Made by a program: the position numbers and the translations under genes
Assembly: GCA_965206645.1 (NCBI GenBank)
Contig: CBDBKE010000004.1
Location: forward strand, 192,001-256,000
DNA from: Terriglobia bacterium
GTDB taxonomy: Bacteria > Acidobacteriota > Terriglobia > JAJPHL01 > JAPKYU01
Direction of reading: 5' to 3'
DNA length: 64,000 bases
Notes under the pieces: model-generated
Told to the model about the DNA's origin: nothing
Database searches by the model: none
Seen by the model: the letters and a program-made list of their open reading frames with translations, nothing else
Shown: positions 39,079 through 48,104 of the stretch, piece after piece
Position numbering within the stretch: position 1 is the stretch's first letter
Layout: each line of letters begins with the position of its first letter

Positions 39079-40199
39079 GGCTCCCTCGTTTCTCCGAGGG
39101 CGCCATTCTCTCAGGCTTCAGCTGGTCCGGAAATCGCCAGGCAGGTCACTACCACCTCGGTGAGGACGATGCGCTTGCCGAGAAGCTGGGCTGCCCCAGG
39201 GAGGTCGCTGCTTTCCAAACCCAGCAGCCAGGCGAGTGGGGTGAACAGCCAGCCAAGGATTCGCTCGAGATTCAGCGGCTCGCCAAACCAAACGCTCAAA
39301 GGTGCTGTTGCATTTTCCAACGCCAGGTCTACGATCCCGACCATGCCCAAGACGGCAATGAGCAGGGTGGAGATGCCTGCCGCCAGCTTTAGACCGTCCC
39401 AGGAACCGGCGCTCAGCGCGGCCATGGTGTTGCCGTGGAGCTGGGACTCTGCGATTGGGGGCAGAGCGCTTGAGGTCTCCGGTTTGCCGGTCTCGGGAAG
39501 GATCAGTTTAGAGACCAGCGCTGCTGCTGGTATGGAGAGAAACGAGGCTGAGATGAGATGCCCGGCGATCTGAGGAAACGTGTCCTTGAGGAAGAAGACG
39601 TAAAGAGCTAGCGTCGTGGAGGCAACCGTAGACATGGCGCAGGTCAGCAGCGTTAGCAGTTCTGAGCGGGTCATCCCTTCCAGATAGGGCCGGACCGTAG
39701 TGGCTGATTCGACCCCCACGAAGATATTCGAAGCCCCGGCCACTGCCTCGGCCCCCGACAGCTGCAGTGTCTTCTTGAACAATCGCGCGGATAGGCGGAT
39801 CAGCGGCTGAATCAGTCCGAGGTGGTAGCAGGCGGCCATCAGAGCGGCGAAGAAAATCACGGCTGGCAACACCTGCGCCGCCAGGACAAACCCCACGGAA
39901 GGCTCTCCGGCCGAGGTGGTCTCACCCGGATTGAGCACCAGCGGTCCGAAAAGAAACTCAGCTCCTACACGACTCGCTCCCAATAAGGCGACCACCAGGT
40001 CATTTACCCCGAGTAGGAGATGACGGGTCTGCGGTACCAGGAAGACCACTGCCCCCAAAGCCAGCATCAACAGACCTGAGCCGAAAATCGTCCGCCAAGG
40101 CACAGGTCTCCGGAAGCCCCCCACTGCCCAACCCAGACTGCCAAACCCAAGCAGTCCCAAGAAAGAGATCAAGTTCAGCACACTCATGACCCTATTAAC

Positions 40200-40328
40200 G
40201 CATACTGTCTCCGTCGGCGTTAGTGTGGGCTGGATGGGACTGGCCGTGGGGAAGTCGGTTGACCTCGTTTGGCCCGTCACGTAGGCATTGCCGGAGGCAT
40301 CTACAGAGATGGAGAAACCAAAGGTCAA
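40200..40328 (-). pseudogene. Beta-propeller (SBBP-like) repeat remnant
   Basis: FSISVDASGNAYVTGQTRSTDFPTASPIQ, one isolated repeat. Confidence 0.65.
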
Positions 40329-40768
40329 GGCGGACTATTCGAAGTGACAAAATCCACATTGGGAGCAACTTGGGAGCAAAACCAGCTGTTCTTCTCTCAA
40401 ACACGCCCCGCCACTGCCGCTCCGGCTCTTCGGTCCGCGACCGACCGCGCTGGCGTTCGCCGTCCTCTCGCTCATAGTTTTGCCGCCGCCGCTGCTTCTG
40501 GGAATCTTCATTCTCATCATCTGGCACTACCACAAGAAAACCCTATCCACGCCTGCATGAACTTCCGGAGTAACCGAGGCCACAGCACCTCGCGGCGCTC
40601 TTCGCGCCTTGGGTGCTACCGCGATACCGCCTTGTCACCAGGAATGCCAGATAGATTGCTCCTAACCCCCCCTGCGGGCGGGGCGTAGCATGAACCCCAA
40701 GGACCTGTCCGAACCGCATCTTCTTGGGGGTTGCAACAGTCCCACATGCCGCTCAATATGGAAATTTT

Positions 40769-41289
40769 TCAACCGGCAGGCACACACATAAATAAATCCC
40801 TACGAGGGCCATCCCGCCACGGGCCTGTCTGTCGGAGCTCGGCGGCAATTTGCTCAGCTCTCTGAGCAAGCTGCTCCTTTGTCCACCCCGAGAAGTCGTA
40901 CCTAGGATCCGCCGCATTCACGTTGATTCCCACGGGAACCCGAGTCGCATCGTTCAACTCACCCAAGAGCCGGGCCTCTAGTTCAAGGAGCTTTTCCGCC
41001 CGCCCGATGGCCTGTAGAGCTACCGAGTGATTACCTGAAGCACGCGCTTCTTCCAGGATCGCCTTAGCTTCAACTGCACGGCCCTTCAGCCGGTCGAACA
41101 GCGAATGTCATCGGCGGCCTGCTTCGCCTTCGCCAGGGTCGCCGGGATGTCGGTCTGCTTGTGCCGAAAGAGCGTCGTGGACGATGTTGCGTACCGTTTC
41201 GCTATGCTCCGCAACGGCTCACCGGCCACGACCGCCTGGTCAATTTCGGCCCTCTGAGAGTGCGTGCAAACGGTACAGGTTCGAGGCAT
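40769..41289 (-). pseudogene. Frameshifted phage-type HTH/CxxC protein (terminase-small-subunit-like)
   Basis: MPRTCTVCTHSQRAEIDQAVVAGEPLRSIAKRY...LFRHK; continues in another frame near 41095 as AILEEARASGNHSVALQAIGRAEKLLELEARLLGEL. Confidence 0.55.
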
Positions 41290-41519
41290 ATTACTTATTC
41301 TAACATCTGCCGGGTATAGTCCTGGACTCCCCTGGGGAATGAGGGGAATGCATCGGTGTGTACAGGAGCCGATTTCAGCGCGGCGATTGTGGCGGCAAGG
41401 ACCCGTGTACCCTGGATACCGCTCTTGGCTCTTTTCTCTCCGTGTGCTCCAATGTATAAACAATAACTTGAGTATTTTGCGGGAGGCGTGGGGGTTCAAA
41501 TCCCCCTCTCCGCCCCCCT

Positions 41520-41715
41520 TTTCTGCTCAATTGATTACGGCTCGGTCCGCCGTTGATGATGATTTCAACCTCCTGCGTACCCGATGGCACACCCACTGGC
41601 ACCTGTACGTTCACCTGGTAGAACCCCACGAATGCTGGGACCGGGCCGGAAAAGGCCACCTGGGCAGGTATACTGGCATTGTTCACCAACGGTGTGCTGA
41701 TCGTCTCTGCCAGTG
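41520..41715 (-). pseudogene. C-terminal fragment of a TIGR03437-like (Solibacter-type) surface protein
   Basis: PAQVAFSGPVPAFVGFYQVNVQVPVGVPSG..EVEIIING. Confidence 0.7.
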
Positions 41716-41742
41716 GTGGAGTGCTGGAGGAATCAAGAGATT

Positions 41743-43113
41743 ATGAAGGGCATCCGGATTGGGGCCGGGGCCGGCTTTAACGGCGACCGGATTGAGCCAG
41801 CGGTCGAGTTGGTCAACTCGGGAGCGTTGGACTATCTGGTTTTCGAATCCCTATCGGAACGGACCTTGCCGCTGGCCCAGCAGCGCAAGCGTGCGGATCC
41901 TTCAAAAGGCTACGACCCGTTTCTCGAGGCTCGGATGCGGGCAGTGCTGGGGGGATGTGCGCGCCGGGAGATAAAGATCGTCACAAACATGGGGGCGGCG
42001 AACCCTCAGGCGGCGGGCGACGTGGTGACCCGCATTTGCCGTGAGCTGAACCTACCTGGCGTGTCGGTCGCCATCATCACTGGCGATGACATCCTGGAGC
42101 AGGTGAAGCAAGGCGAGGTGCAATTAGAGGATTCCGAGCTGTGCCTGGACGAGGTGAAAGGCAGGCTGATCTCGGCCAATGTCTATTTGGGAGCGGATCC
42201 AATCGTGGACGCCTTGAAAGCAGGTGCCGACGTCGTGATCACCGGGAGGGTCACCGATCCGTCGCTGTTTGTCGGTCCCATCCGCTACGAGTTGGGCTGG
42301 CCGGCCGATCACCCCGACCGGATGGGGCTGGCGGTGATCCTCGGCCATCTGCTGGAATGCGGCGCGCAGATCACTGGCGGATATTTTGCCGATCCCGGCT
42401 ACAAGGACGTGGAGGGTCTGGAGCGGCTCGGCTATCCCATCCTGGAGGTTTACGAGGACGGGCGCAGCTACGTCACCAAGGTTCCCGGGACGGGTGGGAT
42501 AGTCAACGTCGCTACCTGCAAGGAGCAATTGTTGTACGAGATCGGCGATCCGGCGAACTACATCTCCGCCGACGGGGTGGCAAGCATCCTCGAGGTGACC
42601 CTCAAGCAGGTCGGCCCGGATCGCGTCCAGGTGCTTGGTGCTCACGGGAAACCGAGACCCCCGCGATTGCGAGTGATTGTGGGCACGCTGGATGGATACC
42701 TCGGTGAGGGTGAAATTTCCTACGGAGGTCTGGGAGCATACGATCGGGCTCGCCTTGCCGCGGAAGCTGTGAAAAAACGCCTGGAGTTGGTTAGGGCCGA
42801 CCTCCGCGAGCTGCGAGTAGACTTTATCGGCGCCAACTCCCTGTACGGAAAAGCCTCTCCGCAGTTAGAGCACGATCTTCCCGAGGTACGACTTCGTGTC
42901 TGCGGCCTAGCCTCCGATCCCCGTTCGGCGGAGATGGTAGGGAATGAGGTGGAGAACCTTCTGGTGAACGGACCGGCTGCAGGCGGTGGAGTCAGGGAAC
43001 GAGTCCGGGAGGTCATCGGCTTGCATTCGGCTTTTATCAGGCGTGAGGCGGTTCAACCGCGCATGGAGATTCGGCAGTGGGAACGATCCTATGAGACGAG
43101 TACGGTTACGTGA
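41743..43113 (+). CDS. Acyclic terpene utilization AtuA family protein (DUF1446)
   Basis: IRIGAGAGFNGDR, YLVFESLSERT, TNMGAANP, SANVYLG, TGRVTDPS, GHLLECGAQ, EQLLYEI, NGPAAGGG. Confidence 0.9.
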   Translation: MKGIRIGAGAGFNGDRIEPAVELVNSGALDYLVFESLSERTLPLAQQRKRADPSKGYDPFLEARMRAVLGGCARREIKIVTNMGAANPQAAGDVVTRICRELNLPGVSVAIITGDDILEQVKQGEVQLEDSELCLDEVKGRLISANVYLGADPIVDALKAGADVVITGRVTDPSLFVGPIRYELGWPADHPDRMGLAVILGHLLECGAQITGGYFADPGYKDVEGLERLGYPILEVYEDGRSYVTKVPGTGGIVNVATCKEQLLYEIGDPANYISADGVASILEVTLKQVGPDRVQVLGAHGKPRPPRLRVIVGTLDGYLGEGEISYGGLGAYDRARLAAEAVKKRLELVRADLRELRVDFIGANSLYGKASPQLEHDLPEVRLRVCGLASDPRSAEMVGNEVENLLVNGPAAGGGVRERVREVIGLHSAFIRREAVQPRMEIRQWERSYETSTVT

Positions 43114-43411
43114 GATTGCCCATAGCCGCGCGGGTGATAAGGGGAACACGTTGATTCTTTCTCTTATCCCCTACCGGGAAGCTGACTACGAACACTTGCG
43201 GCGGGAAGTTACCGTGGAGCGTGTTCGCGAATTGTTCGGGGATATCTGCCGCGGGGAAATCATCAGATACGAGATCCCAACAATTGCCGCACTGAACTTT
43301 GTGCTGCACAATTCCTTGGCGGGAGGCGTCACCGCCTCACTGGCCCTGGATTCCCATGGGAAATGCTACTCCTCTCTGCTGCTGGAGCTGGAGATCGGTA
43401 TCCCCGATTGA
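43091..43411 (+). CDS. AtuA-associated small ferredoxin-fold protein
   Basis: LREIAHSRAGDKGN...ALNFVL...LAGGVTASLALDSHGK. Confidence 0.85.
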   Translation: MRRVRLREIAHSRAGDKGNTLILSLIPYREADYEHLRREVTVERVRELFGDICRGEIIRYEIPTIAALNFVLHNSLAGGVTASLALDSHGKCYSSLLLELEIGIPD

Positions 43412-43464
43412 TCGAGTCTGGCAAAGCACCTTTCTTTCCGACGACAACGCGTGGGAAGCCGAAA

Positions 43465-43617
43465 ATGAAAGAAATCTTGATGCCGAAGATAAGCAAAGCT
43501 ACGGAGGCAGGGGCTGTTGTTCGCTGGTTGAGGAAGGAAGGTGAGCACGTCAAGAAAGGGGAAGTACTCCTCGATGTCGACACAGACAAGGTGACCATGG
43601 AAACAATGTCAGGCTAA
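43465..43617 (+). pseudogene. Truncated biotin/lipoyl attachment domain (50 aa)
   Basis: ILMPKI...VVRWLRKEGEHVKKGEVLLDVDTDKVTME then stop; second half of the domain absent. Confidence 0.7.
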
Positions 43618-43648
43618 TTAAAGCCGAGAACCATAGGAGATCAGGGAG

Positions 43649-44263
43649 ATGAGCAATAAGGACAAGCAGACGCGATACCAGCCGTACTCAGAATTAACAC
43701 TGTATCCAGGTATGCAACTGAGTGCCGAGCGGCGCCGGCAGGTTGATGAGAACTTGATCGAGCCGGATGAGGTATCCGCGGACGATATCATTTACAAGCT
43801 GTCACGAATGGTTACCGGCACCTTGTATAGTCTGATCGCGTTGATGGAAGAACGATGGGGTAAAGAGGCTGCACGCGAGTTGGTCTTCCAGTGGGGGCGC
43901 CGGTGGGCCCGTGAAACTCTCGAACGGTGGATGCATGCCCGAGGTGCGAAACGGTTGACACCGGAGCTCTGGGCGCGCTTTCAGGACTACCATCACCTCA
44001 TCTCCGGACCTATTGGCGCGCCGTCGTTCGTCAGGTATGAGGGTGACTCCCAACTGGTTCTAAACCGCACCGGCCAAAACTGCATGCTCCACACCGGCCG
44101 TCCAGAGGGAATGGACAGTTATTGCGGGATAGCTGCCGACGGTATCTTCGTCGGCTACGGTGAGGTCTGCCCGGAATTATCCTGTGAACACCATCCTTGC
44201 GTATCGCGAGGCACGTCAGAATCCGACTGCGTGGTTCGCTTCACGATCAAGCCCGCAGAATAA
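43649..44263 (+). CDS. Hypothetical protein, ATC-hydrolase/V4R-like Cys-containing domain
   Basis: EERWGKEAARELV..WG, NCMLH, YCG...DG, CVSRG...CVVRF; good RBS. Confidence 0.55.
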   Translation: MSNKDKQTRYQPYSELTLYPGMQLSAERRRQVDENLIEPDEVSADDIIYKLSRMVTGTLYSLIALMEERWGKEAARELVFQWGRRWARETLERWMHARGAKRLTPELWARFQDYHHLISGPIGAPSFVRYEGDSQLVLNRTGQNCMLHTGRPEGMDSYCGIAADGIFVGYGEVCPELSCEHHPCVSRGTSESDCVVRFTIKPAE

Positions 44264-44428
44264 AACCGCACCCTCGGTTCACAGTCGTTCCAGGCATTGT
44301 CAAACGGTTGACGCGACTAAGAGGAGCGGACGAAGGAAGAGGGACGTGGAACTTTCCACCACCGTGCCACCTGAAGGGCAAGTTTGGCCGGTCCGCTTAG
44401 TCCGAAAGGTTCAAGCGGCACAGCAGAT

Positions 44429-44774
44429 TCAGCTTACGACCTCGTTTACTTGTCTCTCTGGCTTGATGTCGGTGAAGTTAGCTATGTCGGCTCTCAGCTC
44501 CTCGCCGTCCCAGCCCCTTTTTCAGGTGTGTCTCGGTGTGTGCTCCCAGCCCCTTTTTCAAATCGTCAATGGAATTGAATAAAAGCATCGCCATGACCAC
44601 GAAGGGCGCGGGTGCGTCAGGAGTCGATCCAGAAACGCCTTTGTCAGCGTCGATCCGGACTAATCCAAATGGCTTGAGTTTCTCTCTGACCAGCTTGAGG
44701 TGTGTCTCGGTGTAGTACTTGAGGTCGAATTTCGCACCGGGCTTGTTAGGGTAAAGGACAACCAACCTAACCAT
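44429..44774 (-). pseudogene. EthD family reductase frameshifted by a 31-nt insertion
   Basis: VLYPNKPGAKFDLKYYTETHLKLV; true C-terminus GEELRADIANFTDIKPERQVNEV is out of frame. Confidence 0.8.
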
Positions 44775-45208
44775 TTCTCTACCTCCATACCTACTTGGAT
44801 TCGGGCGCATTACGCTGCGGAAGCCATTCTCGCTCCGAAATCTTAGGCTGCCCCTGCGGGCAGGTCAACGTGAACGGCCTACTCCGGACAGTTTATGCGG
44901 CGCGGCGGATCCTTGAAGAATTCTTGGCCTCGACCAGCAGGGTGTCCTCTCCGTACTTTCCCAGGCCAGTGTGGACTGGCGGAGTCCAAGCGGCACGAGA
45001 TACATCCCCTTTTGTCCAGCGATGCCGGATAGACCCCCGCTAACGGGCTTGTGTCTACCTATCTTCTGCCCGGATGGTGGCGTTCCTTCCTGATAAGGGA
45101 AAGTAAACGCTAACCGACTAGTGGAGACGCCGGAGCGCACCGGGTTCTGCGCCGTCACCAGTTGGAACGAGGCATCCAGAATAGCTGCGTCAGAGGCCAG
45201 TGAATTCA

Positions 45209-45870
45209 TCAACCACCTTGCTCATCGGGGAGTTTGACTGCGGTCAGGGATTTGGTGAGCCCCAAGAATCGCTCCCTGTAAATCTGCGCTCCCGGAAACA
45301 TACAAGCCATCTGGGTGTAGTCCAAAAGCCGAATCTCCTTGATGAACTCTCGGCAATATTCTGGCGTAGGTCTGGTGACCCATCCCAGGACAGTGAAATT
45401 GCGCAGAAGACGCAGCTGCCACTTCTTGGGCAAATAATGAATGAAAGGCTAAGGAGATGGGGTTCAAACGGGAACAAGCGATTCGGCGTCTGGACATGGT
45501 AGCCAAGGCTAACGCGTGCAATCTCTCGGGCAAACGCCTCCTGACTGGCTGAGTCTCCAAGATGCTCGATCACCGAGTTGCTGAACACGATGTCAAAAGC
45601 CCTGTCTTTAAAAGGCAAACATCTGAGTCTCCAAGATGCTCGATCACCGAGGCCATCTGCGATCACACTCGCATCCGCCTCCTCAATCTGCCCTGGAAGG
45701 TTCAAGATTGTGAGTCGCGGAGAGATTGGAAGAAGGGACCAATTGAAGTCTGTTCCGCCCACATCGAGAATGGTCGTATTTATATTTGCAGAAAACAGTT
45801 CTTGAAAATGTCGCATCCTTCTGCTGCGAAAATAACGAAGAAACGGTTGGTAAAGGTCATGAATATCCAT
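45209..45870 (-). pseudogene. Class I SAM methyltransferase (Methyltransf_11-like), frameshifted
   Basis: ILDVGG, LPFKDRAFDIVFSNSVIEHLG, VQTPNRLFPFEPH; frame change at ~45449 to PFIHYLPKKWQ...IRLL; 27-nt insertion at 45625-45651. Confidence 0.8.
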
Positions 45871-46482
45871 CAGTGCTTTCCTGACCTAGACGCGGCCTCT
45901 CCTATGGCCTCGTTGCAGGGCAGACCCTTAGGCTGTTTGCCTGCATATGAGAGAACAGGGCGCAATGCATCTTCGCTCAGCGACTCATCTCCGGCCTCTC
46001 CGTAGACGGCGGGTCCACTGCATAATCTTCACTTCCTCGGATGCGCTATTCAAGTCTCTTTAAACCGAAAGGCTCCAGGCAGACGTTCCAAGGGAACCTC
46101 GTTGATTATAAGCTCAGCGCCTAACAGCGCGCCGGGGGGTGAGCCTAGGGTGCCGGACTCTTGGACTACCGCTTTCTCTCTAAGCGCGCCTACAATGCCG
46201 ATTGTCAGTCCAGGAAGGTCCGTCGACGCAGGCCAGTCATCTTAAGTGCGATTCGCGACACGCAGGAGCTCTGCAAGAAAGACAGCGCGTTCGCTATATT
46301 CTCTTTCTTTAATCTTTAGCCTTAGGCCTGGGCAGGGGGAGCTTTTCGTGCAGCCGCAAGGCTGGGAGATGTAGCGAGCGCACGATAGTTAGGCCGCTGC
46401 TCGAAGCCTGAGACTCGTATTGCCTTTGGCGGAAAGTGCCCGCGGAAGAATCTTCTGCGAGAAAGACAGGGAAGCCAGGAGT

Positions 46483-47844
46483 ATGGCAACACCGTGTCCG
46501 CAGCAGTTCGTCAAGTCCCCACCCACCGGATGGGTGGATTCCTTGCGCTCAATCGGGCCTGGGCGTGATTATCGTCGCAACAATCGTCGGCAGCGGCGAA
46601 CTCGTAACGGATCAACCAAAGGACGACAAATCCTACCTTGGCGCCGAGCAGGGTGGTTCGTTGTTTCGTGCCTGGTCAAGGTGATCATTCAAGAACAGTG
46701 GGCCTACTACGTGATCACCTCAGGAGGCACCCTGCTAGACGCCACTTCCTTTCTTCTCGGCCCACGCGTGCGAGGACTCTCGTTGTGGACCTGGCTACTG
46801 TTCCTTTATTTCATCCTCAACATTTTGCCAGCAGCCGGTGTGGTTGGGATGACGGCGACCACGGCGGCACTGGCGACCGGCGTGGGAAGTGTCTCCTTTT
46901 GGGCCCTGGCGCTTACCGCTCTCACCATCGTGTTCCTGTGGTTCGGCACCTACGCCCGGATCGAAAAACTGTTTATTTTGATGGTCGCGCTGTTTTCGTT
47001 TTCCATGTGCATCGCTCTCGCGTTGACGCAGAGCACGCAGCTAGCCATTCGTTGGTCGGAACTGATTTCCGGGCTACGGTTTGAACTGCCGCCAGCAGGC
47101 ATGTACATCGCGCTCTCCGCATTCGGCATTACCGGCATCGCCACGCCGGAAATTATTTTTTACACCTATTGGTGTCTGGAAAAAGGCTACGGCCGTTACA
47201 TCGGGCCGCACGAGGAAACTCCGGAGTGGCGGGAGCGCGCGCGGGGCTGGATTGCCGTCATGCGGAGAGACATCATGCTCTCTGCGGCCATTTACACTCT
47301 GATCACGATTGTGTTTTATCTACTGGGGGCGGCCATTTTGCACCGCACCCGACCCGATGCAGCGAACCTGGAAGGCCTGGACGTTGCCTTGGCGCTCTCG
47401 AAGAGTTTCACGGACTCCTTTGGGCAGTGGAGCTTCGTGATCTTCATGACTGGCGCTTTTTTGGTCCTGTACTCCACCTTTGTCGGCGCCTGCGCGTCCT
47501 GGGCGCGCTTCAGTGCCGACTTCTCCAAGAAGCTCGGCCTGATCTCGGCGACTGATCCTGCTCAGTGGGACCGATGGTGCAAGTGGCTCTCAATCTCCCT
47601 GGCCGCAGTTTTCCTGCTGGCATTCTTGCTCATCAGGACGCCGGTGGCTCTGATCCTGTTTGGCGGAGTCATGCACGCTGTGTTTCTTCCACTGCTGGGA
47701 CTTTCAGTGATCTATCTGTTCCACCATCGCGGCCGGCAAGGTCTGACTCCCGGGTCTCACGTGCGAGTCATCTCGTGGGTCTGCAGCGTCATCATACTCG
47801 CGGTTGTGATTTGCACTCTGTATCTGCAGACGGGTGGCGCCTGA
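46483..47844 (+). CDS. Nramp/YcsG-like divalent metal transporter with scrambled TM1 (possible pseudogene)
   Basis: SLRSIGPG; the IVATIVGSGEL motif lies in another frame; YARIEK, AFGITG, YTYWCLEKGYG, FYLLGAAILH, LYST. Confidence 0.7.
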   Translation: MATPCPQQFVKSPPTGWVDSLRSIGPGRDYRRNNRRQRRTRNGSTKGRQILPWRRAGWFVVSCLVKVIIQEQWAYYVITSGGTLLDATSFLLGPRVRGLSLWTWLLFLYFILNILPAAGVVGMTATTAALATGVGSVSFWALALTALTIVFLWFGTYARIEKLFILMVALFSFSMCIALALTQSTQLAIRWSELISGLRFELPPAGMYIALSAFGITGIATPEIIFYTYWCLEKGYGRYIGPHEETPEWRERARGWIAVMRRDIMLSAAIYTLITIVFYLLGAAILHRTRPDAANLEGLDVALALSKSFTDSFGQWSFVIFMTGAFLVLYSTFVGACASWARFSADFSKKLGLISATDPAQWDRWCKWLSISLAAVFLLAFLLIRTPVALILFGGVMHAVFLPLLGLSVIYLFHHRGRQGLTPGSHVRVISWVCSVIILAVVICTLYLQTGGA

Positions 47845-48104
47845 CTTGCGTGTGGCAGAAATGTAGCACCGGGGTGCCTTTCCTGGCTCGTCTGGTTCTT
47901 TTGGCCTGATGTAGAGAGCTTAACTTACACTTCTTGCCCAAGTAGTGGAAAAACAAAACTCCCTCTCCGAACCAGTAGTTCGGCGATGTTTCGTTCGCGG
48001 ACGGGACCAAGGGCCTACGAGAGGCCGGAAACCAACCGTGTTATAATTGCGTGTGGCCCCAAGGAAAGCGGCCAAGGAAAGCTTGGTTCCCTCCCTCAAA
48101 CAGA

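Larger units (their letters stand above)
37869..39148 (-). mobile_element. IS3-family insertion sequence (IS407-like), 1280 bp
   Basis: TGACCTGCC...GGCAGGTCA terminal IRs; 4-bp target duplication CTAC (37865-37868, 39149-39152). Confidence 0.95.
37599..40187 (-). pseudogene. NupC/CNT-family concentrative nucleoside transporter interrupted by IS3
   Basis: FLFGPL, QVLPAVIFFAALM, NIFVGVES, MSTVAS; ...LTEVV|AYQQLGEM...SYALCGFAH reads through when the IS and one CTAC are removed. Confidence 0.9.
35327..41513. mobile_element. Decayed genomic island integrated at tRNA-Leu (attL 35327-35353, attR 41487-41513)
   Basis: Exact 27-bp direct repeat CGTGGGGGTTCAAATCCCCCTCTCCGC; mosaic of fragments in between; no integrase seen. 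Confidence 0.85.

Noticed and set aside
37898-39106. Single 402-aa IS3 ORF
   Set aside because: The 5' part is the alternative frame of OrfA; the real product is expected from -1 frameshifting at the A7 site
39111-40328. Apparent SBBP-NupC fusion protein
   Set aside because: Chance in-frame junction of a repeat remnant with the transporter start (ATG 40187); the C-terminus is IS sequence
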